Shown: positions 1 through 9,212 of the stretch, one piece after another
How positions within the stretch are numbered: the stretch's first letter is position 1
How the letters are laid out: each line of letters begins with the position of its first letter
Origin: an uncultured virus (IMG/VR IMGVR_UViG_3300029787_000004)
Taxonomy: Duplodnaviria; Heunggongvirae; Uroviricota; Caudoviricetes
Direction: 5' to 3' (one strand)
Virus record (IMG/VR): IMGVR_UViG_3300029787_000004
DNA length: 20,000 nt
Made by a program: the position numbers and the translations under genes
Notes under the pieces: model-generated
The model's database searches: none
Told to the model about the DNA's origin: nothing
What the model saw: the letters and a program-made list of their open reading frames with translations, nothing else

Positions 1-1
1 G

Positions 2-769
2 GAGTTAGATGGTGGTTTGAGTGATTTAGACTCAAAAATTAATAATGAAAATCTTAAAGAATCTCAATACAACAAACTCTCTCAGGAGGTATCTACCCTA
101 AACAATGAAGTTTCTAAAAACACTATTCGGGTTTCAGGATTACAACGTCAGTGCCGAGACTTGGAATCGGAAATTCAAAGAATTACCGATCAATTGGCGA
201 ACAGAAATTCTGAGCACGAAAAGTTAAATGAGTTTAATGAAACTTTACAGGGGACGTATGAAGATCTAGCAACTAAAACTGAATCAATAAAGAATCACGA
301 TTTTGCTTACTCCTTATTGAAGGATGGGGGAGTTAAAACTAAAATTATTAAACAGTACCTCCCCCTAATCAACAAACAAGTTAATCGCTATCTTCAAATG
401 ATGGATTTCTTTATCAACTTTACGCTTGATGAAGAATTTAACGAGACAGTTCAATCACCAATACATGATAATTTCTCATACGCCTCTTTTAGTGAAGGAG
501 AAAAAATGAGAATTGACTTAGCACTACTCTTTACTTGGCGTGAAGTTGCTGCATTTAAAAATTCTATTAGCACAAACCTCTTGATCATGGATGAGGTATT
601 CGACAGTTCTCTTGATGGTCTTGGAACCGAAGAGTTTTTGAAGATCATCCGGTACGTCATTAAAGGTGCTAATGTCTTTATCATATCCCATAAAGAATCT
701 TTGTTTGATAAGTTTGAAAACGTGCTAAGATTCGAGAAAGTCAAAGGTTTTTCCCGCAAAGCACCATGA
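2..769 (+). CDS. gp46: T4 gp46-like recombination endonuclease subunit (SbcC/Rad50-like ABC ATPase), 5'-truncated by window edge
   Basis: Frame open from position 2; coiled coil, then ABC signature FSEGE, Walker B LLIMDEVFDSSLD and H-loop IISH. Confidence 0.95.
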   Translation, partial: ELDGGLSDLDSKINNENLKESQYNKLSQEVSTLNNEVSKNTIRVSGLQRQCRDLESEIQRITDQLANRNSEHEKLNEFNETLQGTYEDLATKTESIKNHDFAYSLLKDGGVKTKIIKQYLPLINKQVNRYLQMMDFFINFTLDEEFNETVQSPIHDNFSYASFSEGEKMRIDLALLFTWREVAAFKNSISTNLLIMDEVFDSSLDGLGTEEFLKIIRYVIKGANVFIISHKESLFDKFENVLRFEKVKGFSRKAP

Positions 770-945
770 GAGAACAGATCCGCCGTCCAGTTGACATCTC
801 CAAAGAATTCAAACAAAATGGTATGACGTTAATCACCGACCCTGCATCTGACAGGTATCTCAATGCATACTCCAAACTGGCAACATCACAGCAAAAAGGA
901 ACAGAAGAGAAAACTCAAACCACAAGCGATGAGGGCACGACGTGA
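766..945 (+). CDS. Hypothetical 59-aa protein (MREQIRRPVDISKEFKQNGMTLITDPASDRYLNAYSKLATSQQKGTEEKTQTTSDEGTT), not in ORF track
   Basis: ATGA overlap with gp46 stop (translational coupling); hand-translated; fills the gap after gp46. Confidence 0.65.
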   Translation: MREQIRRPVDISKEFKQNGMTLITDPASDRYLNAYSKLATSQQKGTEEKTQTTSDEGTT

Positions 946-1048
946 AGCACTGAGCCACTTTAAGAAGCGGTACACCAACCTCCCCAAGCGGGAGGTTTCG
1001 TCGTATTATGGGTACATACCTGAGAGAACTGTATGTCTGTCAACCTAG
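863..1048 (+). CDS. Small basic hypothetical protein (PNWQHHSKKEQKRKLKPQA type, recalled as common in cyanomyoviruses)
   Basis: 61-aa Lys/Arg-rich ORF between gp46 and the peptidase gene. Confidence 0.65.
   Translation: MHTPNWQHHSKKEQKRKLKPQAMRARREALSHFKKRYTNLPKREVSSYYGYIPERTVCLST
977..1009 (+). promoter_or_regulatory. Hairpin followed by a sigma70-like -10 box upstream of the peptidase/VWA gene
   Basis: AACCTCCC(977-984)-CAAGC-GGGAGGTT(990-997), then TATTAT at 1004-1009; ATG at 1033. Confidence 0.5.
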
Positions 1049-3132
1049 AAGTCAAGGGTACGGTCGCCAAACTTTTGGCACAAGAGAATTTGATTGTCGA
1101 ACACAAAAACGTTCAGACAGCTCAGTTCAACGTTGATACCCGTGTTCTTACTCTCCCTGTATGGGAGCGTGCAAGCGAAGAGATCTTTGATCTTCTAGTT
1201 GCTCATGAGGTTGGACATGCTCTCTACACTCCCAATGTAGATCCTCCTAAGAATGTTCCACATGCTTTTATTAATGTGGTGGAGGATGTTCGGATTGAAA
1301 AACTTATCAAACGTAGATTTGGTGGTCTTTCTAAAACTTTCTATAAAGGATATCAAGAGTTTCATGATATGGATTTCTTCTCCACTAAGGGAGAAGATTT
1401 TACCAAGATGTCTCTTGCAGATCGTGTGAATCTACACTTCAAGGTTGGTCCTTTCCTTGGTATCAAGTTCGCTCTTGAAGAGCAACCAATCGTTCAATCT
1501 ATTCAAAACTCTGAAACTTGGGAAGATGTCCTCACTGCCGCTAAACTTCTCTACCTATTCGACAAAGAGAAAGCTCAACAACCAAAGAAAGAAAATGACT
1601 CGGAGAGTGAGGAAATTACTTCGGGATCGCAGGTGGGGAACAGCACTGATGGTGACGATAGGGGTGATAGCGATGATAACTCTGAGTCCGATCCTATTGA
1701 TAGTTGGGATGATCCTGATCAAAGCGATATGGATCCTGACGATTCTGATACTCGCCAGAATCCTTCTGAGCCTTCTGTAAATACTGCTGAATCTGAAAGT
1801 GGAGCAATCAAAAATTTAGCAAGTTTTGGTGGTAGGGAATCTCGCTATGTTCAAATCCCTGATATTCCTATTGAAAAGGTAGTCATTCCTAACAAAGAGA
1901 TTGATAAAAGACTTACTTTATTTTGGGACATCATGTATAGAGATATTGATGATCGTTGTAATCCAATAACTTATCTTAAAAATGAATATGTAAAGTATAA
2001 AAAGTCTGTGCAGAAAGAAGTAAATTATATGGTCAAAGAGTTTGAGTGTCGCAAATCAGCTGATGCTTACTCACGTGCTTCAACCAGTAGAACTGGTGTG
2101 CTGGATTGTGGTAAACTTCACACTTACAAATTCAATGAGGATCTATTCAAAAAAGTAACTACGATTCCTGATGGAAAAAATCATGGACTAATTTTCATTC
2201 TCGATTGGTCTGGGTCTATGGGAGCATGTCTTGAAGAGACTGCCAAGCAATTGTTCAACCTTGCTTGGTTCTGTCGTAAAGTTAATATTCCCTTTCGAGT
2301 CTACGCATTCACAAACTGTTGGCATGAAGAAGTAGATGAAAGTAATCATGTCAGCAGTTTGATTGATGATCCCAAACCTAATGAGTTGTGGATTGAGAAA
2401 ACTTTTCGTCTTCTTGAATTCATCAACAGTGATTGCAACGCTATGGAATTTGAAAAGCAATGCCTTAACTTTTGGAATTTGTCCGCAGGATATCAGAGAG
2501 TTCATCTCCCTATGGGATTTCGTCTTAGCGGAACTCCTCTTAATGAAGTGATTATGTGTCTTCATAATATTATTCCTGAGTTTAAATCTCAGAAGCGACT
2601 TCAAAAAGTTCATACTGTTATCCTAACTGACGGAGAATCTCAGTTTCTTACTTTTGGAAGAATGCGTACTACCTATCAAGGAGATGAGGTATGTGTTCCA
2701 TCATCACTTAATTTCAATACTAATGTTTATCTTCGCGACCCCGTTCTTCGAACAACTTACAAACTGGACAAGTGGGATAGTGTAGATGATTTGATCAAAA
2801 ACTTTACTGATAGAAATCCTGATGTAAATGTTATTGGTATAAGGTTATCTAGCACTAGTGAACTCAATAAGTTTCTAAAATGTAAAATTAATAACCCAGA
2901 TGTTATATCAAAATATGTAAAAACATTTGTGAAACAAAAATCCGTTTCCGTTGATGTTCCTGCTTATTCCAAGATGTTTGTGATGAATCAAACAAACATG
3001 CATAACACTGTCGATTTTGACGTTGCTGAGGGTGCGAACAAGTCAACTATCCGTGCTGCGTTCAAAAAATCATTGACAAAATCCAAGTTTAATCGTAAAA
3101 TTCTATCAGAGTTCGTGGAGTTGGTTGCGTGA
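1033..3132 (+). CDS. HExxH metallopeptidase-like domain + acidic linker + VWA/MIDAS domain protein (CobT-like partner of phage CobS)
   Basis: HEVGH near N-terminus, NVVEDVRIE downstream, D/S/E-rich linker, MIDAS elements DWSGS...GTP...TDGE. Confidence 0.88.
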   Translation: MSVNLEVKGTVAKLLAQENLIVEHKNVQTAQFNVDTRVLTLPVWERASEEIFDLLVAHEVGHALYTPNVDPPKNVPHAFINVVEDVRIEKLIKRRFGGLSKTFYKGYQEFHDMDFFSTKGEDFTKMSLADRVNLHFKVGPFLGIKFALEEQPIVQSIQNSETWEDVLTAAKLLYLFDKEKAQQPKKENDSESEEITSGSQVGNSTDGDDRGDSDDNSESDPIDSWDDPDQSDMDPDDSDTRQNPSEPSVNTAESESGAIKNLASFGGRESRYVQIPDIPIEKVVIPNKEIDKRLTLFWDIMYRDIDDRCNPITYLKNEYVKYKKSVQKEVNYMVKEFECRKSADAYSRASTSRTGVLDCGKLHTYKFNEDLFKKVTTIPDGKNHGLIFILDWSGSMGACLEETAKQLFNLAWFCRKVNIPFRVYAFTNCWHEEVDESNHVSSLIDDPKPNELWIEKTFRLLEFINSDCNAMEFEKQCLNFWNLSAGYQRVHLPMGFRLSGTPLNEVIMCLHNIIPEFKSQKRLQKVHTVILTDGESQFLTFGRMRTTYQGDEVCVPSSLNFNTNVYLRDPVLRTTYKLDKWDSVDDLIKNFTDRNPDVNVIGIRLSSTSELNKFLKCKINNPDVISKYVKTFVKQKSVSVDVPAYSKMFVMNQTNMHNTVDFDVAEGANKSTIRAAFKKSLTKSKFNRKILSEFVELVA

Positions 3133-3656
3133 ACATTTTTGTGACTGACCCTAGTCCCTGGCAATCTGCCATGGTTCTACCTGACAAACACATTGTCAAG
3201 ATGCCATTAGAGACTTGTCAGATGCTTGCCATTGTATGTTCTGATAAATGGGGTCATGGGTTTGGTAGTCTCCCCAGAGCAGACGGTACTCCCTATGCTA
3301 CTGAGAAGGGTGCTTTTCGTAATCATCCCTGCACTATCTGGGCAAATGAGTTTGTGACCAATTGGCAGTGGTTGCTTGCTCATGGACTTGCTATGTGTGA
3401 TGAGTATACTGCTCGCTATGGTAAGGTCCATACTTGCCAGAAGACGCTTCTAGCAGCAAAGGAGATACTTCCCACCGCAGACCCACAAGGTCGCAGTGGA
3501 AAGGATACAACACCCTTTGTCTTTGCAGGACCTGATGAGTTCAAGTATGATACGAGCATTGATATCTTCACTGCCTACAAGATGTATATTGCATCTAAAC
3601 CATGGGTAAAGGATAATTACCTTCGTCTCCCACATCGTAAACCAGATTGGATTTAA
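3129..3656 (+). CDS. Pyrimidine-dimer DNA glycosylase / endonuclease V-like protein
   Basis: MNIFVTD...DKHIVKMPLETCQML N-terminus, NHPCTIW, EYTARYGKVH; GTG start overlapping upstream stop. Confidence 0.75.
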   Translation: MNIFVTDPSPWQSAMVLPDKHIVKMPLETCQMLAIVCSDKWGHGFGSLPRADGTPYATEKGAFRNHPCTIWANEFVTNWQWLLAHGLAMCDEYTARYGKVHTCQKTLLAAKEILPTADPQGRSGKDTTPFVFAGPDEFKYDTSIDIFTAYKMYIASKPWVKDNYLRLPHRKPDWI

Positions 3657-3659
3657 TTA

Positions 3660-4070
3660 ATGAAACACATTCTATTCACTCTCTACGATTGTGATAAAAA
3701 TCTTCTTAACGATAGAATATACATTGAGAATGTTTTATATCAGACCTCGGTGCAATGTGGTGCCACCTGGTTAAATACAGTATCACATCAATTTACTCCT
3801 CAGGGAGTAACAGCTGTAACTCTCCTGGCAGAAAGTCATATTAGTATTCATACTTGGCCTGAAAAACAAATGGCAGTATGTGATATCTTTACTTGTGGAG
3901 AGTGTGATCCCACAGTTGGTTATGAATTTATGATTGGAAAGTTCAATGCTGCCAAAACGGTTCATCATGAGTACATAAGACCGTTCGAGGACAAACCCAC
4001 TGTGACACTTCGGAAACCTAACTACCCACCTTCCCATAGCAACCCATCCTCAGTTATAATTACGGAGTAA
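3660..4070 (+). CDS. speD: S-adenosylmethionine decarboxylase proenzyme (class 1B, pyruvoyl-dependent)
   Basis: HQFTPQGVTAVTLLAESHISIHTWPE with E-S autocleavage site; DIFTCG. Confidence 0.92.
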   Translation: MKHILFTLYDCDKNLLNDRIYIENVLYQTSVQCGATWLNTVSHQFTPQGVTAVTLLAESHISIHTWPEKQMAVCDIFTCGECDPTVGYEFMIGKFNAAKTVHHEYIRPFEDKPTVTLRKPNYPPSHSNPSSVIITE

Positions 4071-4083
4071 ACAAAACAAAACA
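4031..4083 (+). promoter_or_regulatory. Sigma70-like early promoter and SD-less AC-rich leader for cobS
   Basis: TATAAT at 4055-4060, weak -35 TTCCCA at 4031-4036, leader AAACAAAACAAAACA directly before ATG 4084. Confidence 0.55.
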
Positions 4084-5139
4084 ATGTCTCAATCCACAGA
4101 ACATATTCTTGACAATCTAAGAAATCTATATGGTGATGAGATTGTTGCTGCTGATGTTAGAGGATACTGTGCATCGAATGACATCTCATATCAAACAATT
4201 ACCAAGCGTCTTGATCAGTACAAAGTAGGACGTGGTAAGTGGAATCTGACAGTACAACAAAAGTTAGAGAAAAGTTATCAAGCACCTCCTGCAATTCCTG
4301 CTGTGGAGCAAAACCTTATCCCTTCAAAAGATGATACCTTCGTCAGCTTTGGTAACTTCGCTGATATTAAAAAGATTATTAAGTCCAATCTGTTTTATCC
4401 AACGTTCATCACGGGTCTTTCTGGTAACGGTAAAACGTTCGGAGTTGAGCAAGCGTGTGCAGCGTTGGGTAGAGAACTTATCCGTGTCAATATCACAGTA
4501 GAAACCGATGAAGACGACCTTATTGGTGGGTTCCGCCTTATTAATGGCGAAACAGTATGGCACAATGGTCCAGTTATTGAAGCCCTGGAACGCGGCGCAA
4601 TCCTGCTTTTGGATGAAGTGGACCTTGCATCTAATAAAATTCTTTGCTTGCAGTCCATCCTTGAAGGTAAGGGAGTTTTCTTGAAGAAGATTGGTAAGTT
4701 CGTCTCCCCCAAAGCAGGATTCAATGTAATTGCTACTGCAAACACAAAAGGTAAAGGTTCAGATGATGGACGCTTCATCGGCACTAATGTTCTGAATGAG
4801 GCATTTCTTGAACGTTTCCCTGTAACTTTTGAGCAGGAATATCCTACTGCTACTACTGAACAAAAAATTCTCGGTAAGATTTGTAGTGATGAAGACTTCT
4901 GCAAGCGTCTCTGTGATTGGGCAGATATCATCCGTAAAACTTTTTATGATGGTGGTGTTGATGAGTTAATCAGCACACGCCGTCTAGTTCACATCGTTAA
5001 TGCCTATGCTATTTTTCAAGACAAAGCAAAATCTATCGAAGTATGTCTGAATCGTTTTGATGATGAAACCAAACAAGCTTTCATGGATCTATACGATAAG
5101 GTTGACATCGACGTACAGTTTGATGTAGAATCTGTATGA
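4084..5139 (+). CDS. cobS: CobS/MoxR-like AAA+ ATPase
   Basis: Walker A GLSGNGKT, Walker B LLLDEVD, ATANTKG sensor, NEAFLERF arginine finger, ISTRRL. Confidence 0.92.
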   Translation: MSQSTEHILDNLRNLYGDEIVAADVRGYCASNDISYQTITKRLDQYKVGRGKWNLTVQQKLEKSYQAPPAIPAVEQNLIPSKDDTFVSFGNFADIKKIIKSNLFYPTFITGLSGNGKTFGVEQACAALGRELIRVNITVETDEDDLIGGFRLINGETVWHNGPVIEALERGAILLLDEVDLASNKILCLQSILEGKGVFLKKIGKFVSPKAGFNVIATANTKGKGSDDGRFIGTNVLNEAFLERFPVTFEQEYPTATTEQKILGKICSDEDFCKRLCDWADIIRKTFYDGGVDELISTRRLVHIVNAYAIFQDKAKSIEVCLNRFDDETKQAFMDLYDKVDIDVQFDVESV

Positions 5140-5663
5140 CAAACTCTTGGTCTCTACTATATGATGCTATGAACTACAAAATTAATGAATTCGATCTCCC
5201 TGACACGGACACTGCTTCCAACATCTTTGAATACAGTTTCAATGAACATGGACCGGTAGCTGCTGGTCAAGTGTACCCCTCTTCTTATTGTGAAGACACC
5301 ATCACTTTTGATCTTTGCCAAGATGAGGTGGGGATTCCTGATCTCCCAACAACCGATAATGCAAACAAACGATGGAAGTACAATGAAGATGTAATCCTTA
5401 AAGAAGTTCGTGATTATCTGGGAATGACCTATCGCTCCCACTACACTTCAAAAGAGTCAAAGACTCAGACTCTTGATCTTATTGAAGGAATTGGTGATGC
5501 AGAACCTTTCTGTCGATCCAATGCCATCAAATACCTTTCTCGCTTCGGTAAGAAAGATGGAAAGTCCAAACAGGATATCCTAAAAGCAATTCACTATTGC
5601 ATCCTTCTATACCACTTCTCTGGTCTCTGTAATGACAACCCCCAACCGTATGAAACTTTCTGA
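5136..5663 (+). CDS. DUF3310-like protein (T7 gp1.7/SaV-like C-terminal domain) with acidic N-terminal extension
   Basis: HY...QTLDLIE...FCRSNAIKYLSRFGKKDG...DILKAIHY pattern. Confidence 0.7.
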   Translation: MTNSWSLLYDAMNYKINEFDLPDTDTASNIFEYSFNEHGPVAAGQVYPSSYCEDTITFDLCQDEVGIPDLPTTDNANKRWKYNEDVILKEVRDYLGMTYRSHYTSKESKTQTLDLIEGIGDAEPFCRSNAIKYLSRFGKKDGKSKQDILKAIHYCILLYHFSGLCNDNPQPYETF

Positions 5664-6321
5664 TTCAACTCTCTCACTGCTTAAAAATTTCAGTAACATT
5701 AATCAGTCTTTGTTGTTCAAGGAAGGCAATTCACTTCGCACTATTAGTGTGATGAAGAACATTCTTGCAGAGGCAACTATTGACGAGGAGTTCCCCAAAG
5801 ACTTTGGTATCTATGATCTGAACCAGTTCCTAAACGGAATGCAACTGCACAGGACTGTTCCTGATCTTGACTTTACTAATGAGAGTTATGTTGTGGTTCG
5901 GGAAGGAAAGTCGCGATCAAAGTATTTCTTTGCTGATCCCAATGTTATCATCACCCCTCCCGAGAAGTCTCTCACACTGCCCTCTGAGGACGTTTGTTTC
6001 GTGCTTAGTACCCAAGACCTAGATCGTCTGCTTAAAGCAGCTGGTGTCTATCAGGTGCCCGATCTGTCTGCTATTGGTGGCAATGGTGTTGTCAAGATGG
6101 TAGCACGTGATAAGAAGAATGATACTTCTAATACCTACGAGATTGTAGTTGGTGAGACTACGGAAACTTTTGAGTTCAACTTCAAGGTTGAAAACATCAA
6201 GGTGATTCCTGGTTCTTATGGAGTTGTCATCTCCAAGTCTGGTCTCGCAAAATTTACTAGTCAGGATCGTAACCTGACTTATTACATCGCTCTTGAACCT
6301 GATCTAACTTATGAGTCCTAA
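5650..6321 (+). CDS. gp45: Sliding clamp (start MKLSDSTL at 5650 preferred over 5632)
   Basis: MKLS..TL.LLKNFS.IN, FGIYDLNQFL, YYIALE; directly upstream of gp44. Confidence 0.95.
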   Translation: MKLSDSTLSLLKNFSNINQSLLFKEGNSLRTISVMKNILAEATIDEEFPKDFGIYDLNQFLNGMQLHRTVPDLDFTNESYVVVREGKSRSKYFFADPNVIITPPEKSLTLPSEDVCFVLSTQDLDRLLKAAGVYQVPDLSAIGGNGVVKMVARDKKNDTSNTYEIVVGETTETFEFNFKVENIKVIPGSYGVVISKSGLAKFTSQDRNLTYYIALEPDLTYES

Positions 6322-7264
6322 AAGTGATTTTCTTTGGGTCGAGAAGTATCGTCCCAAAGAAGTTGATGATTGTATTCTCCCCGATTCTATCAAGAAAACA
6401 TTCCAAGAATTTGTGAATGGGGGAGAGATTCCTAACTTATTGCTAGCAGGTCCTGCTGGTTGTGGTAAGACAACTATTGCCCGAGCTCTTTGTGAACAAC
6501 TCGGATGTGACTACATAATCATAAACGGATCCGATGAAGGACGATTTCTGGACACAGTACGGAACCAGGCAAAGAACTTTGCTTCGACCGTTTCACTTCA
6601 AGCAATTGGCGCAAAGCACAAAGTCATCATTATTGACGAAGCTGACAACACTACCCATGACGTACAGCTCCTCTTACGGGCGAATATTGAGGCATTTTAT
6701 AACAACTGCCGATTCATCTTCACCTGTAATTACAAGAACAAAATTATCGAACCTCTCCACTCCCGATGTGCGGTGGTCGAGTTCGGAATTACAAACAAAC
6801 AAAAACCAGCAATCGCTGCCAAGTTCTTCAAAAGACTACAAACAATCTTGGATACGGAGAATATTGCATATGATCCAAAAGTTCTGATAGAACTGATCAA
6901 TAAGCACTTCCCTGATTGGAGACGTGTTCTTAATGAGTGTCAACGGTATTCTACCGGGGGCAATATTGATACAGCAATTCTTGCACAATTTAGTGATGTA
7001 AACATCAATGAACTTATCAAGGTTCTTAAAGAGAAAAACTTTACGGAGGTTCGTAAGTGGGTCGTTTCTAATTTGGACAACGATCCTAGTGTATTACTGC
7101 GTCGTGTTTATGATGCTCTGGTGGAGTCCCTTGAAGGTCCTAGCATTGCTGCTGCTGTGTTGCTTATTGCTAAGTATCAATATCAAATTGCGTTCGTAGC
7201 TGATCAAGAGATTAATCTTATAGCAGCATTGACTGAGATTATGGTGGAGTGTGAATTCAAATGA
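6311..7264 (+). CDS. gp44: Clamp loader large subunit
   Basis: LWVEKYRP, Walker A GPAGCGKTT, IIIDEAD, SRC motif. Confidence 0.97.
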   Translation: MSPKSDFLWVEKYRPKEVDDCILPDSIKKTFQEFVNGGEIPNLLLAGPAGCGKTTIARALCEQLGCDYIIINGSDEGRFLDTVRNQAKNFASTVSLQAIGAKHKVIIIDEADNTTHDVQLLLRANIEAFYNNCRFIFTCNYKNKIIEPLHSRCAVVEFGITNKQKPAIAAKFFKRLQTILDTENIAYDPKVLIELINKHFPDWRRVLNECQRYSTGGNIDTAILAQFSDVNINELIKVLKEKNFTEVRKWVVSNLDNDPSVLLRRVYDALVESLEGPSIAAAVLLIAKYQYQIAFVADQEINLIAALTEIMVECEFK

Positions 7265-7803
7265 TATACCAGATCCTGGAAAATCCAAAGACCGAAGAAT
7301 ATTGTCAACTCAAAAATCATATTTTAAGTCATGAGTTTAATTGGTTTTACAATCCAAGCACTATTGGTCTAGATCCAGGAGATGGTTATAGTGCCAACTA
7401 TGTCTACGGACATAAGATTCTAGAAGGTCCTAGCAATAATAGATATTTTCCAGAAGTATTTTCTGAGAAACTAATTGGTCATGGTGTAAAAATTGTAGAA
7501 CAAATTCTTAATCATAATAATATTAAATTTACATTCATTTATAGAATGGTTGTTAATTCTACGTTCTATGATGATGGACTGCCATCTCCACCACATTTAG
7601 ATCATGATAATTTTTTTCATAAAAATCTAATCGTATATCTAAATGAATTTGATGGGGGTAATATTGACATTTTTGATGATGATGGTACAATGTATTCATA
7701 CAAACCACATGAAGATGACATAATAACTTTTGACTTCAAGAAACATTCTGTAAATCAACCTACTAGTGGTAGGCGTGTTGTATTCGTAGCAACTTATTTG
7801 TAA
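7261..7803 (+). CDS. 2OG-Fe(II) oxygenase superfamily protein
   Basis: HxD (PHLDHD), IVYLN, distal His (KKHSV), RRVVFV; AT-rich. Confidence 0.75.
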   Translation: MIYQILENPKTEEYCQLKNHILSHEFNWFYNPSTIGLDPGDGYSANYVYGHKILEGPSNNRYFPEVFSEKLIGHGVKIVEQILNHNNIKFTFIYRMVVNSTFYDDGLPSPPHLDHDNFFHKNLIVYLNEFDGGNIDIFDDDGTMYSYKPHEDDIITFDFKKHSVNQPTSGRRVVFVATYL

Positions 7804-8003
7804 TGAAAACTAAAATTAAAGCACAAGTAAAGTCTAAGTGGTATTACATTTTCTGGGGCACTGCCACGGTATCTGTGGTTCTTGGACAACTGTATGTGGG
7901 CACTGGATATCGTCTCATGCATGGAAGTATGCTAGACTTGGTGGATAAAGTTGATGGAGTTCTTCTCCGCGCAGAACCTTATGATGGACCAAATTATCTC
8001 TGA
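7803..8003 (+). CDS. Small predicted single-pass membrane protein
   Basis: Basic N-terminus then hydrophobic WYYIFWGTATVSVVLGQLYVGTGY; stop/start overlaps on both sides. Confidence 0.7.
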   Translation: MKTKIKAQVKSKWYYIFWGTATVSVVLGQLYVGTGYRLMHGSMLDLVDKVDGVLLRAEPYDGPNYL

Positions 8004-8833
8004 TGACATCACTTAAAACACCACTTAGATATCCTGGCGGCAAGTCTCGTGCATGTAAAAAAATTGCACCATACTTTCCAGATCTTAGTAAGTACAATGA
8101 ATACCGTGAACCATTTCTTGGTGGTGGATCAGTTGCAATTTATATCACACAAAGATACCCCAACTTAGATGTTTGGGTTAATGATCTGTACGAACCACTG
8201 ACTAATTTTTGGGAACAACTGAGAGACAATAGTAATGAAATTAAAAGACAGTTACAAGAACTTAAACAAAGGCACCCTGACCCCGTGTCGGCTAAATCCC
8301 TTTTCTTGGATTCAAAAGACTATCTCGGCAAAGACCCCGGAGGGTGTGACCTTACGGCTCGTGCTGTCGCTTTCTATATTGTCAACAAGTGCTCTTTTTC
8401 TGGTCTCTCTGAGTCCTCATCCTTTTCTCCCCAAGCATCTGACTCCAACTTCTCCACAAGGGGTATTGAGAAGTTGCCCTTCTATGGACAACTAATTAGA
8501 AACTGGAAGATTACTAATAAATCTTACGAACAACTTCTTCCCGAGAGAGATGACATCTTCACCTATCTAGATCCTCCATATGAAATTGGAAGTAATCTTT
8601 ATGGACGTAAGGGGAACATGCATAATACATTCAATCACGATAGTTTTGCTACGATTTGTGATCGATTTAATAATGCACCTCAACTCATTTCTTATAACTC
8701 ATCTCAACTTATCAAAGAAAGATTCCAAAATTGGAAAGCAGCAGAATTTGAATTGACTTACACCATGCGTTCTGTTGGTGAGTATATGAAGGACCAAAAG
8801 GAACGTAAAGAACTTATCTTGATGAATTATTGA
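8003..8833 (+). CDS. dam: Dam-like N6-adenine DNA methyltransferase (D12 class)
   Basis: LRYPGGKS, EPFLGGGS (SAM binding), VNDL, YLDPPY catalytic motif, ISYN. Confidence 0.9.
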   Translation: MTSLKTPLRYPGGKSRACKKIAPYFPDLSKYNEYREPFLGGGSVAIYITQRYPNLDVWVNDLYEPLTNFWEQLRDNSNEIKRQLQELKQRHPDPVSAKSLFLDSKDYLGKDPGGCDLTARAVAFYIVNKCSFSGLSESSSFSPQASDSNFSTRGIEKLPFYGQLIRNWKITNKSYEQLLPERDDIFTYLDPPYEIGSNLYGRKGNMHNTFNHDSFATICDRFNNAPQLISYNSSQLIKERFQNWKAAEFELTYTMRSVGEYMKDQKERKELILMNY

Positions 8834-8837
8834 AAAT

Positions 8838-9212
8838 ATGGAACTAAAAGATTGGATGAACTCTATAAATTATAATAAAGAGGACATCGCCACAAATGAA
8901 ACAATTGGCTCTTACCCTCCATATATCGTTAATCGCTGTTTGTCTAGTCACGTTGACAGTATCATGTTCTCTAATGAGATGAATCTTAATCATCATCTCT
9001 CCAAAGACATGCAATATAAATTTTATCTAAATAGTCTGAGGAAAAGGAAGAGATTCTCTCCTTGGATAAAGAAAGATAAAGTAGAAAACCTTGATATTGT
9101 CAAACGGTATTATGGTTATAGTAATGAGAAAGCATCTCAGGCACTAAAAATTTTATCTAAACAACAACTGGATTACATTAAACAACGACTTGATGTTGGA
9201 GGAATGAGATGA
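8838..9212 (+). CDS. gp62: Clamp loader small subunit
   Basis: YPPYIVNRCLS, NEMN, RKRKRFSPW, YYGYSNEKA; directly upstream of regA. Confidence 0.93.
   Translation: MELKDWMNSINYNKEDIATNETIGSYPPYIVNRCLSSHVDSIMFSNEMNLNHHLSKDMQYKFYLNSLRKRKRFSPWIKKDKVENLDIVKRYYGYSNEKASQALKILSKQQLDYIKQRLDVGGMR

Noticed and set aside
1570..1800. GAT/GAC-rich quasi-repeats in the peptidase gene
   Set aside because: Reflect the Asp/Ser-rich linker, not a DNA repeat element
9027..9033. Intragenic CTAAATA in gp62 (another near 13805 in gp43)
   Set aside because: Explained by Leu-Asn codons in AT-rich DNA; cannot be called a promoter without TSS data
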